A DNA stretch of 62,421 bases, filler included, from Polymyxa betae A26-41 (taxonomy: Eukaryota > Protista > Endomyxa: Phytomyxea): assembly GCA_003693705.1 (NCBI GenBank). It is 6 parts of 6 records of this genome, joined end to end, with 100 filler letters (N's around TTAATTAATTAA, not from the genome) between each part and the next. Parts side by side here need not be neighbours in the genome. Positions count along the whole stretch, not along the records: positions 35,236 to 58,547 come from RBZT01000551.1; positions 58,648 to 62,421 come from RBZT01000530.1; 4 more parts are not named here. The stretch is one strand, 5' to 3'. The position numbers and the translations under genes are program-made. Below are positions 47,950 through 59,860 of the stretch, one piece after another. Within the stretch, counting starts at the first letter, position 1, and each line of letters begins with the position of its first letter. The notes under the pieces were generated by a model, which did not search any database, was not told the DNA's origin, and was given only the letters and a program-made list of their open reading frames with translations.

Positions 47950-50161
47950 CTACGGATCTCTACAGGAGCTCTTAGAGGCCGATGGAATCTGGCAACGCCG
48001 ACAGATTGAAGAAAATACTTCATTCAAGTTTAAAACATGAAATGAAAGCGATTTATTTGGAGCGTTTATTAGAAGGCGAGATTGGAGTGGGTTGGCATTG
48101 CTCCAGCCCCAGCCCTTGACATTTGATGTATGACGGTTTACTGATAGGTAAACTCGATCCCCATGTACGGCGAAACGACTTGATATCGGAGCCATGATGA
48201 TCACGGAAACATGCCGTAATAGCCTTCGCTGATCGCAATAGTTGAGCAAACGGTTTGTCCAGGTCCGACCTGGGGACGAGGCCGTACTGGTCCGCGATCG
48301 CGAAAAGAAATCGAACTTTACTCTCCAGATCGAATCGAACGAAATCTCTTATATTCGAACAGGATAGCCGTCCTAGGGAATTACGTTGTACTTGAAAATG
48401 TGAGATAGGATCTTGGAGATGTTTAAGTCCGCATTTGGATTCCGGTTGACAGCATTTATACACGAATCGAGCAATAGGGAATGGATCACCCCACTTATCA
48501 ATAAATGCTCGAAGATCACCATGGCAATGATCTGAATACATTATATAAGAAGGAATACGTAATTATGCAAGATGTATTCGAAACTGAAGTAAAATCACAA
48601 TATGATATATGAGATAATTATCAATTCAACAGAAAGCGAGAAGAAACATGAAAATTTCACCAAAATAAAATGAAACATTATCGTATTGATTGTGGAAGGA
48701 ATACTTCGAAAGCATGCTAGAGTTGGCAATAGATCGTATCTAGAAAATTGCCGTAGATTGGGCGGTAATGCAGGTTTCGATATGCGGTGACGTTTGAGAG
48801 TGAGAGAGGCGCTGATAGCGAACACCATAATATGTTTGGTAGTTTCAGCTGCATGCATATAATGAAATGCAGCTAGATCGACTCTCTTACAATTCACTAT
48901 ATAATACATCTCGGAACCAATCTGCAAGACCTGACGACCGATTTGGACCTCCTTCTTCGTGATACCCAGAGATCTGAAGAATTCGTGGATATCGAGAGCG
49001 GAACAGAAATTCACCATGTCCAGATATGTGTCAGGAATATGGGAGATATTTCCAGTGAATGGCTCGATTTTTGGATCTAATTTCGTAATGACTTCATCGG
49101 GTTCAGAATCTGCAGCCGACACCATCACCAGCTCGCAATCTTGAGGCGACCTCATCATCTGCTCTTCGGAAATTGGAGCCGCCTTGAGTTGGCTGCAGCT
49201 CGAAATCGGCATTTAGCGCCGACTCCATCTGCTGCTCTTCAGGCTCTGAATATTGAGCTGAAACGATTCTGTGCGTTTCCCGATCTAACAGGCATAAATT
49301 GCCTTCGCTGTTTGAAACAGAGCCGATTTTTTGTTCTTGAGGCTGTAAAAAGCCATCACCAGATGGTAATGTTACAGCATCAGTGATATCTTCATCAGGT
49401 GTGAACGTGACTTGCGAAGGAACAGTGTCAGCCGATGGTAACGTTTTTGCTGCTGAGACGTCATCAACAGATGTTAATGTTACTTCATCCAAAGCATCCT
49501 CAGAAACGCCATCCGTAATCCGTAATGATGCATTTGTTGAAACATCATCGGCAGATGGTAATGTTACCGCATTAGGGGAATCTTCAACATCGAATAACAT
49601 TACTCGATTGGGCAGATTATCAAAGGATGGTAACGTAATCGTTGCTGGGACATTCGCAGGAACCTCATCATCAGATAATATGATTATTTCGGATCGGATA
49701 TCATTAGCACAGGGCAATGTTACTTCTGCTGGGATATAAAATGGCGCATCTTCATTGTCTTCCGGGACATCATAAACAGATGTGAACTTGACGACATCAC
49801 GAACATCTTCAGCAGAACTTAATGTTACTGCTTCAAGATCATCAACAGGATCCGCAGATGCGGCCGACGGACTTGCCTCTGATACCGAAACTGTCCCAGA
49901 ATCAGACCCAAAATCTCCCGAGACAGCCATAAGGGGATCCTCGTCAGAAGAGAATGTTAAATCCGGAGATGCTTCATCGGCATCTAACGAGGATTGATCG
50001 GCGAAGTCCGACTGGCCTGGTTGAAGGAAGCGAGGTCGTAGAGCCCCGGTACGCGGCCTCTCTAGAACAGCTGTCTCGTGATCAATCCAGGACCTCTTCT
50101 TAGTACGTGCTCCAGCACATAGAGCCCCTAGTAGGGCTATATAGACCACAGTAACCCTCAT
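47950..50161 (-). CDS. candidate secreted protein with acidic repeats (frameshifted or spliced)
   Basis: ATG at 50161 gives signal-peptide-like MRVTVVYIALLGALCAGA, then VTLPSADDV-type repeats. Probably continues through ORFs 48595-49212 and 48053-48541. Confidence 0.55.
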
Positions 50162-53100
50162 CGAGGGAGAACCTATCAAGAGCAGAATGCGCGCATTTCG
50201 ACGAACAGAATTGGGCCGAAATTGGCCACGGCGTAAAATTTGGAGAATCTCCGTCGCGCACTTTTCAAGTTTGGAGTGGTCTAAATATAAAAAAAAAATC
50301 GCCAAAATTGGGCTAGAGTTGGCTCAATACCAAATCGTCGTTTGGAGAATAGCAGAATGATCAAAAGTTGCTGAATCCTCCAAGTTCGGCCTTAAAAAAT
50401 ACATTCAATCAGGATTATGTCGAAATATTTTTCAGAGATATTGTGCGGACTTGAGGTGGTCTGATTTCGAAATGTGAGCCCACTTGCGATTTGGATAGCG
50501 CTTACGTTCGTACTAACAGCGATTCGCTTCTAAGAACAAATTCACTACCGCGACCAGACTGTGCAGTTATGCTGTGCTTAGTCGTCAAAACTTGGAAGTT
50601 ATCTTCAACATAAGGAGCTGGATATTTGGCGATTGCACGAACTAGCTGAACTGGTCAAGATGGGGTTGCGATCAACGCCTTTCCAGAACGACCATGTCCA
50701 CGAATATGGACGGAAAATCTGTGAGAAAAAGGGCCATGCACAATTTCAGCAACCCGCTAAGGGCAACTTGCGAATACGTTCCCGATCGGTTCGTGAAAAT
50801 GCTTTCCAACCATGTATAGCAAGGTTACGCCAGCGCGACGCACGGGACCATACGCTACGTCCAGGCGGTAAACACGTATCATATACGAAACAAAGAAAAC
50901 GTGATCAATTGCAGTAATAGTGTGCAAGATAAAACTGTGAATTTTTATTCATCATGCAACGAGAAAAAGATTTTAATTAGCTGTCATCACCACAATGTCA
51001 CATTGCACCAGCTTTGCCGCATCCAAATCGCAAGAGACGCGTCGCACCAAAATCGCCTTCACATGCCTGCACTGTTACAGTTCGCTGGCCACCAAAACTA
51101 CATTAGGTGACCACGTGCGTAACTATCACAGCGAAATCTACAATTTCTTTATATCTGACGACGGCCGCTCCCGCCGACAACGCTGGTGTTACCGACAACC
51201 CGCCGATGAGATATCCGAGTAGGTGGAAGGGCTGAAGGTCTTGCTCCCTACAGAGCGGCGGGACTGTCCTCGCGATTGGTCGCCTTCTATCGAGGCATTT
51301 TGGGGAACCTAAATGGGTTGCAATTCAGACTTTCCGGTTAACCGTGTCAAAAAGTCGTACGGGACATTTGATCAGCGCCATAAGTTACCCGCTGCTCGAT
51401 ACCTGCTTAAACAACGCCAATCCTGTTTTTCAATAATAACTAACCCGATGGCAAAGTTTGGCGAGTGTATTCGACTCCATTGTAAAGTTGGAAAATAGGA
51501 TGTCACATCTGCCAGCTATAGAAAAGTTTCGTGGAAACGCTCTTGTTTGTACAAGTTGGAATCAGACTTGGGCCTTGCTATACATGGTTGGAAAGCATTT
51601 TTCACGTACCGATCGAGAACGTATTCGCAAGTTGCCCAGGCTGCATTCACTCGACTGGTTTTCAGTATGCAATCGCCCAGACATTACGGATGTTTTCGTC
51701 GGTTTGCGGGATGTCCGTGGCCGGCTACAATCTTCGGAATATCGATCGTATTGAACGATAAAATCACAAAGACATGCATGATTCCGTCGACATCGTAGAT
51801 ATGCACGATGACCAACCCCCAGGAACACACCCGCGAATAAACATCATCAATTTCGTTGGTCCTTTTGGACGCAACTTTTCGTTAAAAGCAGAATGTGACA
51901 TCCTATTTTCCAACTTTACAATGGAGTCGAATAAACTCGTCAAACTTTGCCAGCTGTGTGCTTTGTGAAATCGCGATCAAGTACGGACTCGTGCTGTGCA
52001 GACCATGAGTTTTATAACGTCTTGGGTGGAGTCCCGTATGGCGGCGGACACTCGCGTTGGCAGGTTCTGAACTTGGCGCGCAATCGCTTTCTTGCACTCC
52101 ATCATCCCGCCTAGGAACTGCTGCATCCAGAGGTCCAGTCGGCATCCTATATGTAACAGATTCTTGTCACCATCACCGCTATTCATCTCAATATTACGCA
52201 AATAGTGTGAGGGCGGCGCCTTCGATGGCATCCCAACACCTTATCACTTGTTAATGTTGTCGTTGAGATGGTGTCTTCCATTTTTCAATCGGTTGCGAAT
52301 GCGCCGCGTTCACAATCCGTCATTGCGTCCAAAGCGTCCCCCCAAACGGTCGTCGGTGGAGCAATTACCGACACCACCAGAGGATGGATTGTCCAGCGAT
52401 GTTGATGTAACGTTGCCGTTATTGCTGCAAGACGATGCAGTGTTGCCCCATGTGTGATTTTAACATTTCCCAAAAAGGAACCCGTGAGTGAACCCCAACC
52501 AAACAGTGCGCGCTCTCCGTCTGCGTTTACACAAACTTTGATTGTCGTTGCAGTGTACACAGATAATGCGCAGCAGGTTCGCGTTTATATATATACTAAT
52601 GACTGCATCAGAATATCAGGAACGAGTCGGTTCACAGCGACCACGGTGTGCGGACTATCCACAATCTCCGGCGGAGGCATGTTCGCAGCCGGCAACTCCA
52701 GGAGCCGAGCCTATGGGCTGCTCATATAGGAACGACATTGGTTCGCGTTCTATAACAACGTGAGTACCGAGGACCGCCCGCAGCAATGCGGCTCGTTGCG
52801 GTTGTACGCGTGCGTGCAGTCCTCGTGGGTAGAGAATGGCATTTCGGTCCCGGAATGCGGACGCATTTTTAACCCACCTTGGCCCCGGGTACGCACGCTG
52901 CCTTACGAGAGACCGCGCCGCTACGCTCGTCTAACATTCATGACACACACGCCGGAGCGTCATCCCATCGACGTGACAGAGCCAGGCCACACGGACGTTA
53001 TCAATGCTCTTTGTGAGCGAATCCAATCCGGCCTTGGTACTGCATTTCGGCTGTGCTTATTGAATACCTGACTTAACTTAACATATGGATCTTGTATCGT

Positions 53101-55163
53101 ATATGGATAACGTTAAACATATGTACGACCGCGTCCTTCGAACATTCACAGTCTGGACTTTGCTGAAGTCGTCTCAATTACGTTTTGTTTGTTTCGTATG
53201 TGATACGTGTTTACCGCCTGGACGTAACGTATGGTCCCGTGTGCCGCTCTGTCGTCGAGTGAACGTTACGTGTGACGGACGTCCCGTGCGTACGTGGTGG
53301 AGGGTACTCATGGTGTACGTGCGTCACGTCAGTCCCTATAGTAGGGCAACGTGCGTAGTTGGAAAGAATTTTTTACGTATAGAACGGGATGTATTTAAAT
53401 GTTGCCCAAAGTGTTCTGAGCCTGAGTCTGGCTCTTCGGGTCCAAACCCTAACCGCTTCGCGAGAGCCTTGTCTACCACGTGCCTTACCACGTCCCGCGA
53501 AAATCGGGGCAGCCCAGCAGTGAGATGCAGGGGATTGTGCGGGAAGGTCCCATATTGACCTTTAAACAATATTTCAAGATTACGTTTCGATAGGAATGCG
53601 CCAAGAATTTCAGAACCGTCAACCCCTATAAATATTTATTCCGCCATACCATCAACGTTAATATAATTGCAAGATATCCATACGACGCTCATCAAGGACA
53701 ATAAGGACTAGAATCGTCACCTTCACTTCCTACTGCAGCGACGCCTCAAGTGATGAGCGACTAAACAGAATCAACGATTCTCGCGAGCGCATTCTGTCTT
53801 ACACGACGTCTGCCGGATTCTACGGAATTGAAGATGTTCATTCGTACGTCGAAGCTTCGACGCATAAACAGCTCACGAAAAGACATCGTCGCCAGAGCCC
53901 TGTCGAGTTTTCCAATCTCCTCAATGTCACGCTCGTAGATAACACACCTATACCCGGAATCGTTAAAAAGCTCAAGTCGTCCGTGCGCCAGTAATACAAA
54001 TTCTATGTCTCTTATCTTTTCTTGAATATGTCCTTAATGCATTCGTAATCTTAGTAGACGGATAAAACGCCAGCGCCTGCATTGGGAACAGATTGACGGG
54101 ACTGCTTCGGAGTTATCAGTGGTAGTGAGGGCTCCCACTATCCCAAATTCTAACCAAGCGTTTAATAAAACACCCAAATCTTTTCGCAATACTTTATTAA
54201 CATTGTAAACCAGCATTTCTGCGTCGTCGGATTCAAGATCACATTTCGCCATCGGTAGTATGCGCTGGTAGTTCGAATTTATTGTGAAAGAAGCTGTGGC
54301 TAAATCTACCTGAGATAGATCTCTCGCGTAACTCAATACGCGGCCTTTGTTAGAACTTCAGTGATGATTGTTTATTTAGAGAAACACATGATTAGTGTGG
54401 GAACCTCCGCCCCGTCCTCAAACAATGGGTTCGGCAAATCCACGGCAATACACAACAGTGTGAGGTCTTCAGGACTGCGCCGTAATCCTGCAAGTACAGA
54501 TGAGACAGGTATTCAATGGAAGGGAGGAAACACCTGGAAAAAAAGACCGAGAGAGCAGATCTCCAAAGTTAAAGTTTGGAAATCCCCATTTACGCCTTAG
54601 TACGACAAAAGCCATCAAGAGACTCAGCACTGTATCAACTGGGGCTGAATACCACACTTTGTCCGCCCAGGACAGGCTTCGTATTTCCTACTACAAAACG
54701 CTTTCTGCACACTATGCACAATCCGAAGAGCTGAAATTCGTCATTTACGAGGAAATCATCGAAGTTAGAATTGAAGATATTTTTCCCCTCATCCAGATGG
54801 TCATGGAAGCGTTTCGCACTCAGGAGCTTTATCAATCTTTAATCGGAAGGCGGAATTCTGTATGTTTTGGCGTTTGAAAAGTTTTAGACCAAATTAGAGG
54901 GAGCTTCGACATCAAGTTTGCGGCGAGTATGAAGGCCTCCAAAACATCATGCGAGAAATGGTGATCAAACTGTTCTGTCAATATTAAGTTTGTAGGAAAA
55001 TTGAATCAAACTCGTGAAACGGAGACAGTAATCGAATTTTTGATGCTGCAGAACGTGATCAAACATCAAACAGCAGATGGGTAGATGGATACGAATGACG
55101 TTTATAGTATTTAATATCGGATTCGATCCTACTATGAAAGGTGACATGAAGTTTGATAGATTA

Positions 55164-57230
55164 TTACGAAAATGTGGCCAGTTTGGCAGTCTCGATCAAA
55201 TATTGGACCTCGTGCTCGTTTCGAATTCCGCCGATCTCAATCACCTTACAATATTCTCCTGCAACTGATACATGATGATAATGTAGTTTACATTTACGAA
55301 TCACCCAGACTCCATCGTCATCCGTACTCAAAACAACCGGAATCTTTTCTCGAATAAATTCCCTGATAATGACCGAATTCTCGGTCTGCTTGAACTGATA
55401 GGTTGGTGACAATAACAGGTATAAATTACTGGTCATATTCAGCTCACATACAATCTGTTCATCTCTCAGAAAATCTCGCGCTAATCTCGCCATTCGACTA
55501 TTTTTATGCATGAAAGCAACTCCATGTCCAATTCGCAGATGTCTCTTTATACCGTTCTGAATCCTTTTTAGAGCATCCAGAGCGATATCGAGATGCGTCT
55601 CGAATGCAATATGTGAAGTGGAATCTGCGTTGGGTTCGGACGGTGGTAAAGGCAGAGATTCTCCACAATGTATTCGAATCCCGAATCTCTTCTGATATTG
55701 TCGCATTCTCCATACAATCCCCTTCGGGCCAATAAAGTCCGAATGTATCAAGGCACAATACGGAAGGCCGTATTCGTCACCAACCCAATCACAGCCGACA
55801 ACGAAACCCTTCCACCATTGATGCAGACGACCATCACTCTCCAGCACATCCCGCTGAATACGTCGTACGGGTCCGTCCGAGCCGAAGATCTCCAGAAACG
55901 CCCGTTCGGCATTTCGGTCAGCGTCGGCTTCGTTGTTGCCGCGGCATAGTCGCTTTGCGCTTTCACCTCTGTTTTCTATGAGGAATGAGAGGGCATCGTC
56001 TCGCCCATTGAGACGTTTGTTGTCGACATACACGCTGGTCCTGTTGAAAGCCGCCAAAAAACAGTAGAAGAATGCTCTTGGTCGGTCATGATACATGCCC
56101 AGGATTTTGGCCCATTTCGGGGTGTTCGATGTCTGCAGGTTTCTGTAACGAACTAAAGATTCGGGTAGAGACCCGTCATCATCATCTTGCGAATCAGCCG
56201 TGGTGGATTGCTCGGAGACATTATCGCAGATCTGAGCGGCAGGTTTCCTCTTACGTGCAGGAGCTTTGGCTGTTAAAGGCCGAATTGGCGATGAATAGGC
56301 TTTAGTGACCAGATGCTTCCAGATATCGATATTGAGAAGATCATTGACTGACATTGAGAATTCGACATAGTGAACTCCTGCCTTATCATATCGTGCTATA
56401 ACTTGATTCAGTAAGATGGATAATACTTCTAGACGTTGTTCATAGATACAATCCTTCATCTTGAAGCGTTTTGGATAGAATTGCGGTGTGAAAGCGTCTT
56501 TATAGGTATTCAGATCAGGTCCCGAAGGACAATCTCCATTATTGCTTAACATGGAGAATCCATTACGGACAGCAGCTCGGACGATCTTATTGCTCTCCAT
56601 CTGCTTGATAAGTTGCGTGTTTTTTACACCTCGAATGAGATCGAATCTTCGCCTTCGTGCATTGAATATGATATATTCATTCAAAGATAAACCCAGATGG
56701 TATTGCAGAGTATTTGTACAGATATCATCATAGTCCAATCGTGGACGCTTTGAGCCGTTTTGATCGCGGTCGTGAACGGGTTTATCTGGAAGATCAAAGA
56801 GCATCATGAGAACATTGTCACTATAAACGACATCATCCGTATAGGTCTTCATAAACCATTCCAGAGATAGATTGTCATGATGAAACAGCTGATCGTTAAA
56901 CGCAAACAGATATCTGTCTTCGATGGCTGAGAGAGATCCATTCTGGAGGTCGTCAACAAGATGTCTCAAGCTCTGATTGATAGATGGCTGGATGTGTTTA
57001 GTATCAAGTTGATCTTTCAGCAGAGTTGTTAGCTGTTTTCGGAAGTTGATCGAATCTTGAGCAGGAGGATCGCAGATCCTAGGCAAATACGTCTCCATGA
57101 TCCGATTCACCCAGAAATCGGCGGAACCCATTCCCATCAGATGTGTGTGGAGTTCGACAAGGTTCTTCGACCTCGTGAATATATCGAGTTTCTGCCAGGC
57201 TGCATCTCGATTCTCACTATCTGTCATCAT
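55164..57230 (-). CDS. adenosine/AMP deaminase-family (amidohydrolase) protein, 688 aa
   Basis: Uninterrupted ORF. ELHTHLMG (HxH), GVHYVEF, VVGCDWVGDE, IHCGE, RIGHGV, ELNMTSN and LSTDD occur in the canonical order. Confidence 0.88.
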   Translation of the reverse strand: MMTDSENRDAAWQKLDIFTRSKNLVELHTHLMGMGSADFWVNRIMETYLPRICDPPAQDSINFRKQLTTLLKDQLDTKHIQPSINQSLRHLVDDLQNGSLSAIEDRYLFAFNDQLFHHDNLSLEWFMKTYTDDVVYSDNVLMMLFDLPDKPVHDRDQNGSKRPRLDYDDICTNTLQYHLGLSLNEYIIFNARRRRFDLIRGVKNTQLIKQMESNKIVRAAVRNGFSMLSNNGDCPSGPDLNTYKDAFTPQFYPKRFKMKDCIYEQRLEVLSILLNQVIARYDKAGVHYVEFSMSVNDLLNIDIWKHLVTKAYSSPIRPLTAKAPARKRKPAAQICDNVSEQSTTADSQDDDDGSLPESLVRYRNLQTSNTPKWAKILGMYHDRPRAFFYCFLAAFNRTSVYVDNKRLNGRDDALSFLIENRGESAKRLCRGNNEADADRNAERAFLEIFGSDGPVRRIQRDVLESDGRLHQWWKGFVVGCDWVGDEYGLPYCALIHSDFIGPKGIVWRMRQYQKRFGIRIHCGESLPLPPSEPNADSTSHIAFETHLDIALDALKRIQNGIKRHLRIGHGVAFMHKNSRMARLARDFLRDEQIVCELNMTSNLYLLLSPTYQFKQTENSVIIREFIREKIPVVLSTDDDGVWVIRKCKLHYHHVSVAGEYCKVIEIGGIRNEHEVQYLIETAKLATFS

Positions 57231-57478
57231 TAGACCAATCGTAGTGCAGCGATGAGGTCGTGATTCGAGATTTCAGTAGTAGCACAAGAGATCGGTTAGT
57301 ACGGGTTCACAGATCTTTGATGTTGATGAAGAGACAAACAAGTGATTTAACAGAATGAATTGCATTGGGTGCGCAGTGAACTTGGGCTACTTCCGAGACG
57401 AGGCAGTATGTTAGCAGCAGTGCCAACTGAAAACATTTTCTAAAAAATTATAATTTTAATGGACACAACAAAATCAAA

Positions 57479-57551
57479 TGCCACCAGCGTGGATCGAACA
57501 CGCGACCTTACGATCTTCAGTCGTACGCTCTCCCAACTGAGCTATGTCGGC
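57479..57551 (-). tRNA. tRNA-Phe (GAA)
   Basis: GCCGACATAGCTCAGTTGGGAGAGCGTACGACTGAAGATCGTAAGGTCGCGTGTTCGATCCACGCTGGTGGCA: 73-nt cloverleaf with one acceptor mismatch. Confidence 0.92.
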
Positions 57552-57935
57552 TATGTTTTCATTAAAAGCTTCATCGACACGTGATTTTCAGGTAACCTAA
57601 AGTTTCAATCGGCATTCGGTTTGCGAAGTTGAAGGTTCTTGAGCTAGCAACAGGCAGATTACGATCAGAAAGAGGAACTCAAATGACCCAATTGCCTAGT
57701 TAGCGTTTGAGAGGATTTATTTTCGTAATAGTCAAGAATAAATAATAGGGGTTCCTGCTTCCAGCTGTATTGACCAATTATTAGAGCCTTTACGGTAGTT
57801 AGATGTGCGAAAATTCTTTCGTTTTTTTTTCAGGGTCGCAGAATTTTGGTACGCAGTTCTGGAGAATCTGATCCGTAAAAACTCAATCTCTGGAAATCTG
57901 CGGATGACCCGATCAATTCTCTCCTTCATCATACC

Positions 57936-58063
57936 CCAAATCACCAATGGTATTGACAATGCTCTTGATGATACTCTCTACTGTAGCTGTGACACTGGCC
58001 CAACCTGTAATGTTACCTGTACTGTCATTTGCTGATCTAACCAGCCCTTACTAGGATCGCGGG
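57936..58063 (-). repeat. right arm of long inverted repeat
   Basis: Exact reverse complement of 42769-42896. Gapped similarity extends inward to about 57805. Confidence 0.95.
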
Positions 58064-58279
58064 CTAACAAAGATCAACGTGTTCCTTGCAAATGGCAGCA
58101 ATAAAGACGCTCTGTTAGCTGTATGCTATTAGCTGATATGAATTTTAGTCGGTGAAATTCCAAAATCACCCCATTCCTCTGCACTACAAGTTGACCGGTT
58201 ATAATATAACGGGTGCGGACCCCGGATCAGGGTTATATGAAAGAATAAAATCATATTCCTCTTCTTGTAAAACAATAAT

Positions 58280-58410
58280 AGGGGTTATCAAAGTTAGGAG
58301 ATTCGAATCTCCGTGGTTGAATCTCCTATTAGATTCACCTCAAATAGGTGAATTTAAAATAAGATTCGGGCCACGGAGATTCGCATCTAACGCAAACTTT
58401 GATACCCCCT
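58280..58410. mobile_element. 131-bp MITE
   Basis: TIRs AGGGG(T/G)TATCAAAGTT, flanked by AAT on both sides. Internal palindrome GGAGATTCGAATCTCC. The same terminus occurs at 36346-36361. Confidence 0.8.
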
Positions 58411-58647
58411 AATATAAAAATCCGTTCGGATTGTATCATTTTCGTGACCTTCCAGCCGATCCATGTGATTTCGTACATCCTTGATAGTTATGAACTCGTT
58501 ACGGGAAGCATTCTGTTAAATGGTTAGAAAGTGAAGTGTCAGATATCNNNNNNNNNNNNNNNNNNNNNNNNNNNNNNNNNNNNNNNNNNNNTTAATTAAT
58601 TAANNNNNNNNNNNNNNNNNNNNNNNNNNNNNNNNNNNNNNNNNNNN

Positions 58648-59282
58648 TGTCAGCTGTTGTTCCTCGAGAGCGTTGGAGTAGTCATTCGTTGCGTCTTCAA
58701 GTTCAGCCTGGGTTGCGTTCAGGGCTGCCGAAGCTTTCTCGTCATTTGCGCTGCCTTGAGTTTCATTTTATCTGTTACGAAGTTGATAGTTTTCTCCGAA
58801 AGCCGAAGCTGCGCGCTGTGCAGCTCCTTTGACTCAGATTGTAAATCGAGTGCTTGAGAGGGTCAGGGTTCGTCGCCCTTCATGATAGCGTAAGCGTTCA
58901 TGCGTCTCATACCGATGATCACCTCACGTCGCCACAGTTGCCAGTTAGAGTCGGATAAAACGTAAGTAGTGAGTTGCATACTTGATACCCGTGTTTCAGC
59001 CATCTGCTGTGTTGCTGGGCCCATAACCTGATATTGGAGGTAGCTATCTAGCGATAAACGCAGTGAACAGAGAAGCTGCTTTTCGGGAATGAATAATTTC
59101 CTTTTTATAATATATTATCTGTATCTACAGGCACGAGTTCGTTTGGTCATGGCACGCGCCAGCCATATTGATTTTATGCCATCAATGGTAACTTCATTGG
59201 GCGGGTACGCTGGCTGGACCCATGCGCAGCCCCCACCTCTGGGTCAGAAAGACTGCGTGGCGCAGCCACCGCAATCATAACA
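58648..59282 (-). mobile_element. Ty1/Copia 5' end: LTR (~59029-59282), PBS (59015-59028) and degenerate gag
   Basis: CA|GGTTATGGGCCCAG on the minus strand; LSDSNWQLWRREV...AYAIMKGDEP. Distal LTR end is approximate. Confidence 0.75.
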
Positions 59283-59787
59283 TCTAGTTCATATGGAGAT
59301 CAGCTCAAACACCAGAATGTTCCGATAATTCGCCAATTGCATCGGAGCGCTGGATTGGGACACTCGTTCCATGCAAGCCAAGATACAACAATTCCAAGGC
59401 GATTTGGAATTATAAAGCCTTCTACAGCGAAAACGTTCAGGCTGCATGTTTTTCGATCTGAAGTCCGTGCACGTTCTTGCAGGACGGGAAGGTTTAGTGT
59501 CGGATGCTTGTATCTTTGCAGTTGCGAGCTGTAATGAATTCGCAGTACCAGCAGGCAAATAGTATATCGGGGACGCTGGTAATGATTTGAATTGGAAGTG
59601 TTTGATTCTATACCGAGGCGTTCGTTATCACCGGAGCGAATGGAATCTGTGTAACCAGAGTCCACAGAACGCAAAAGAGTTTTTAGTTTGAGGCAATCTC
59701 AGCTTCGTAAGGAAATTGGGCGGATTGTTGGCGTCTTGATGAAGCGTGTTCCGATTCAGACGATGGCGCTTGTGTACGCCTTTAATT

Positions 59788-59860
59788 CAGAGTTCAGACA
59801 GCGGCATGTGCTGACGACGATGTCATCAGAGGTTAGACAGCGGCATGTGCTGACGACGAT
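59788..59860. repeat. 39-bp-period tandem duplication
   Basis: TCAGAG...AGACAGCGGCATGTGCTGACGACGAT occurs twice. Confidence 0.85.

Noticed and set aside
57965-58038. C/D snoRNA within the inverted-repeat arm (TGATGA...CTGA)
   Set aside because: The boxes are short enough to occur by chance; no convincing terminal stem or recognisable rRNA guide.
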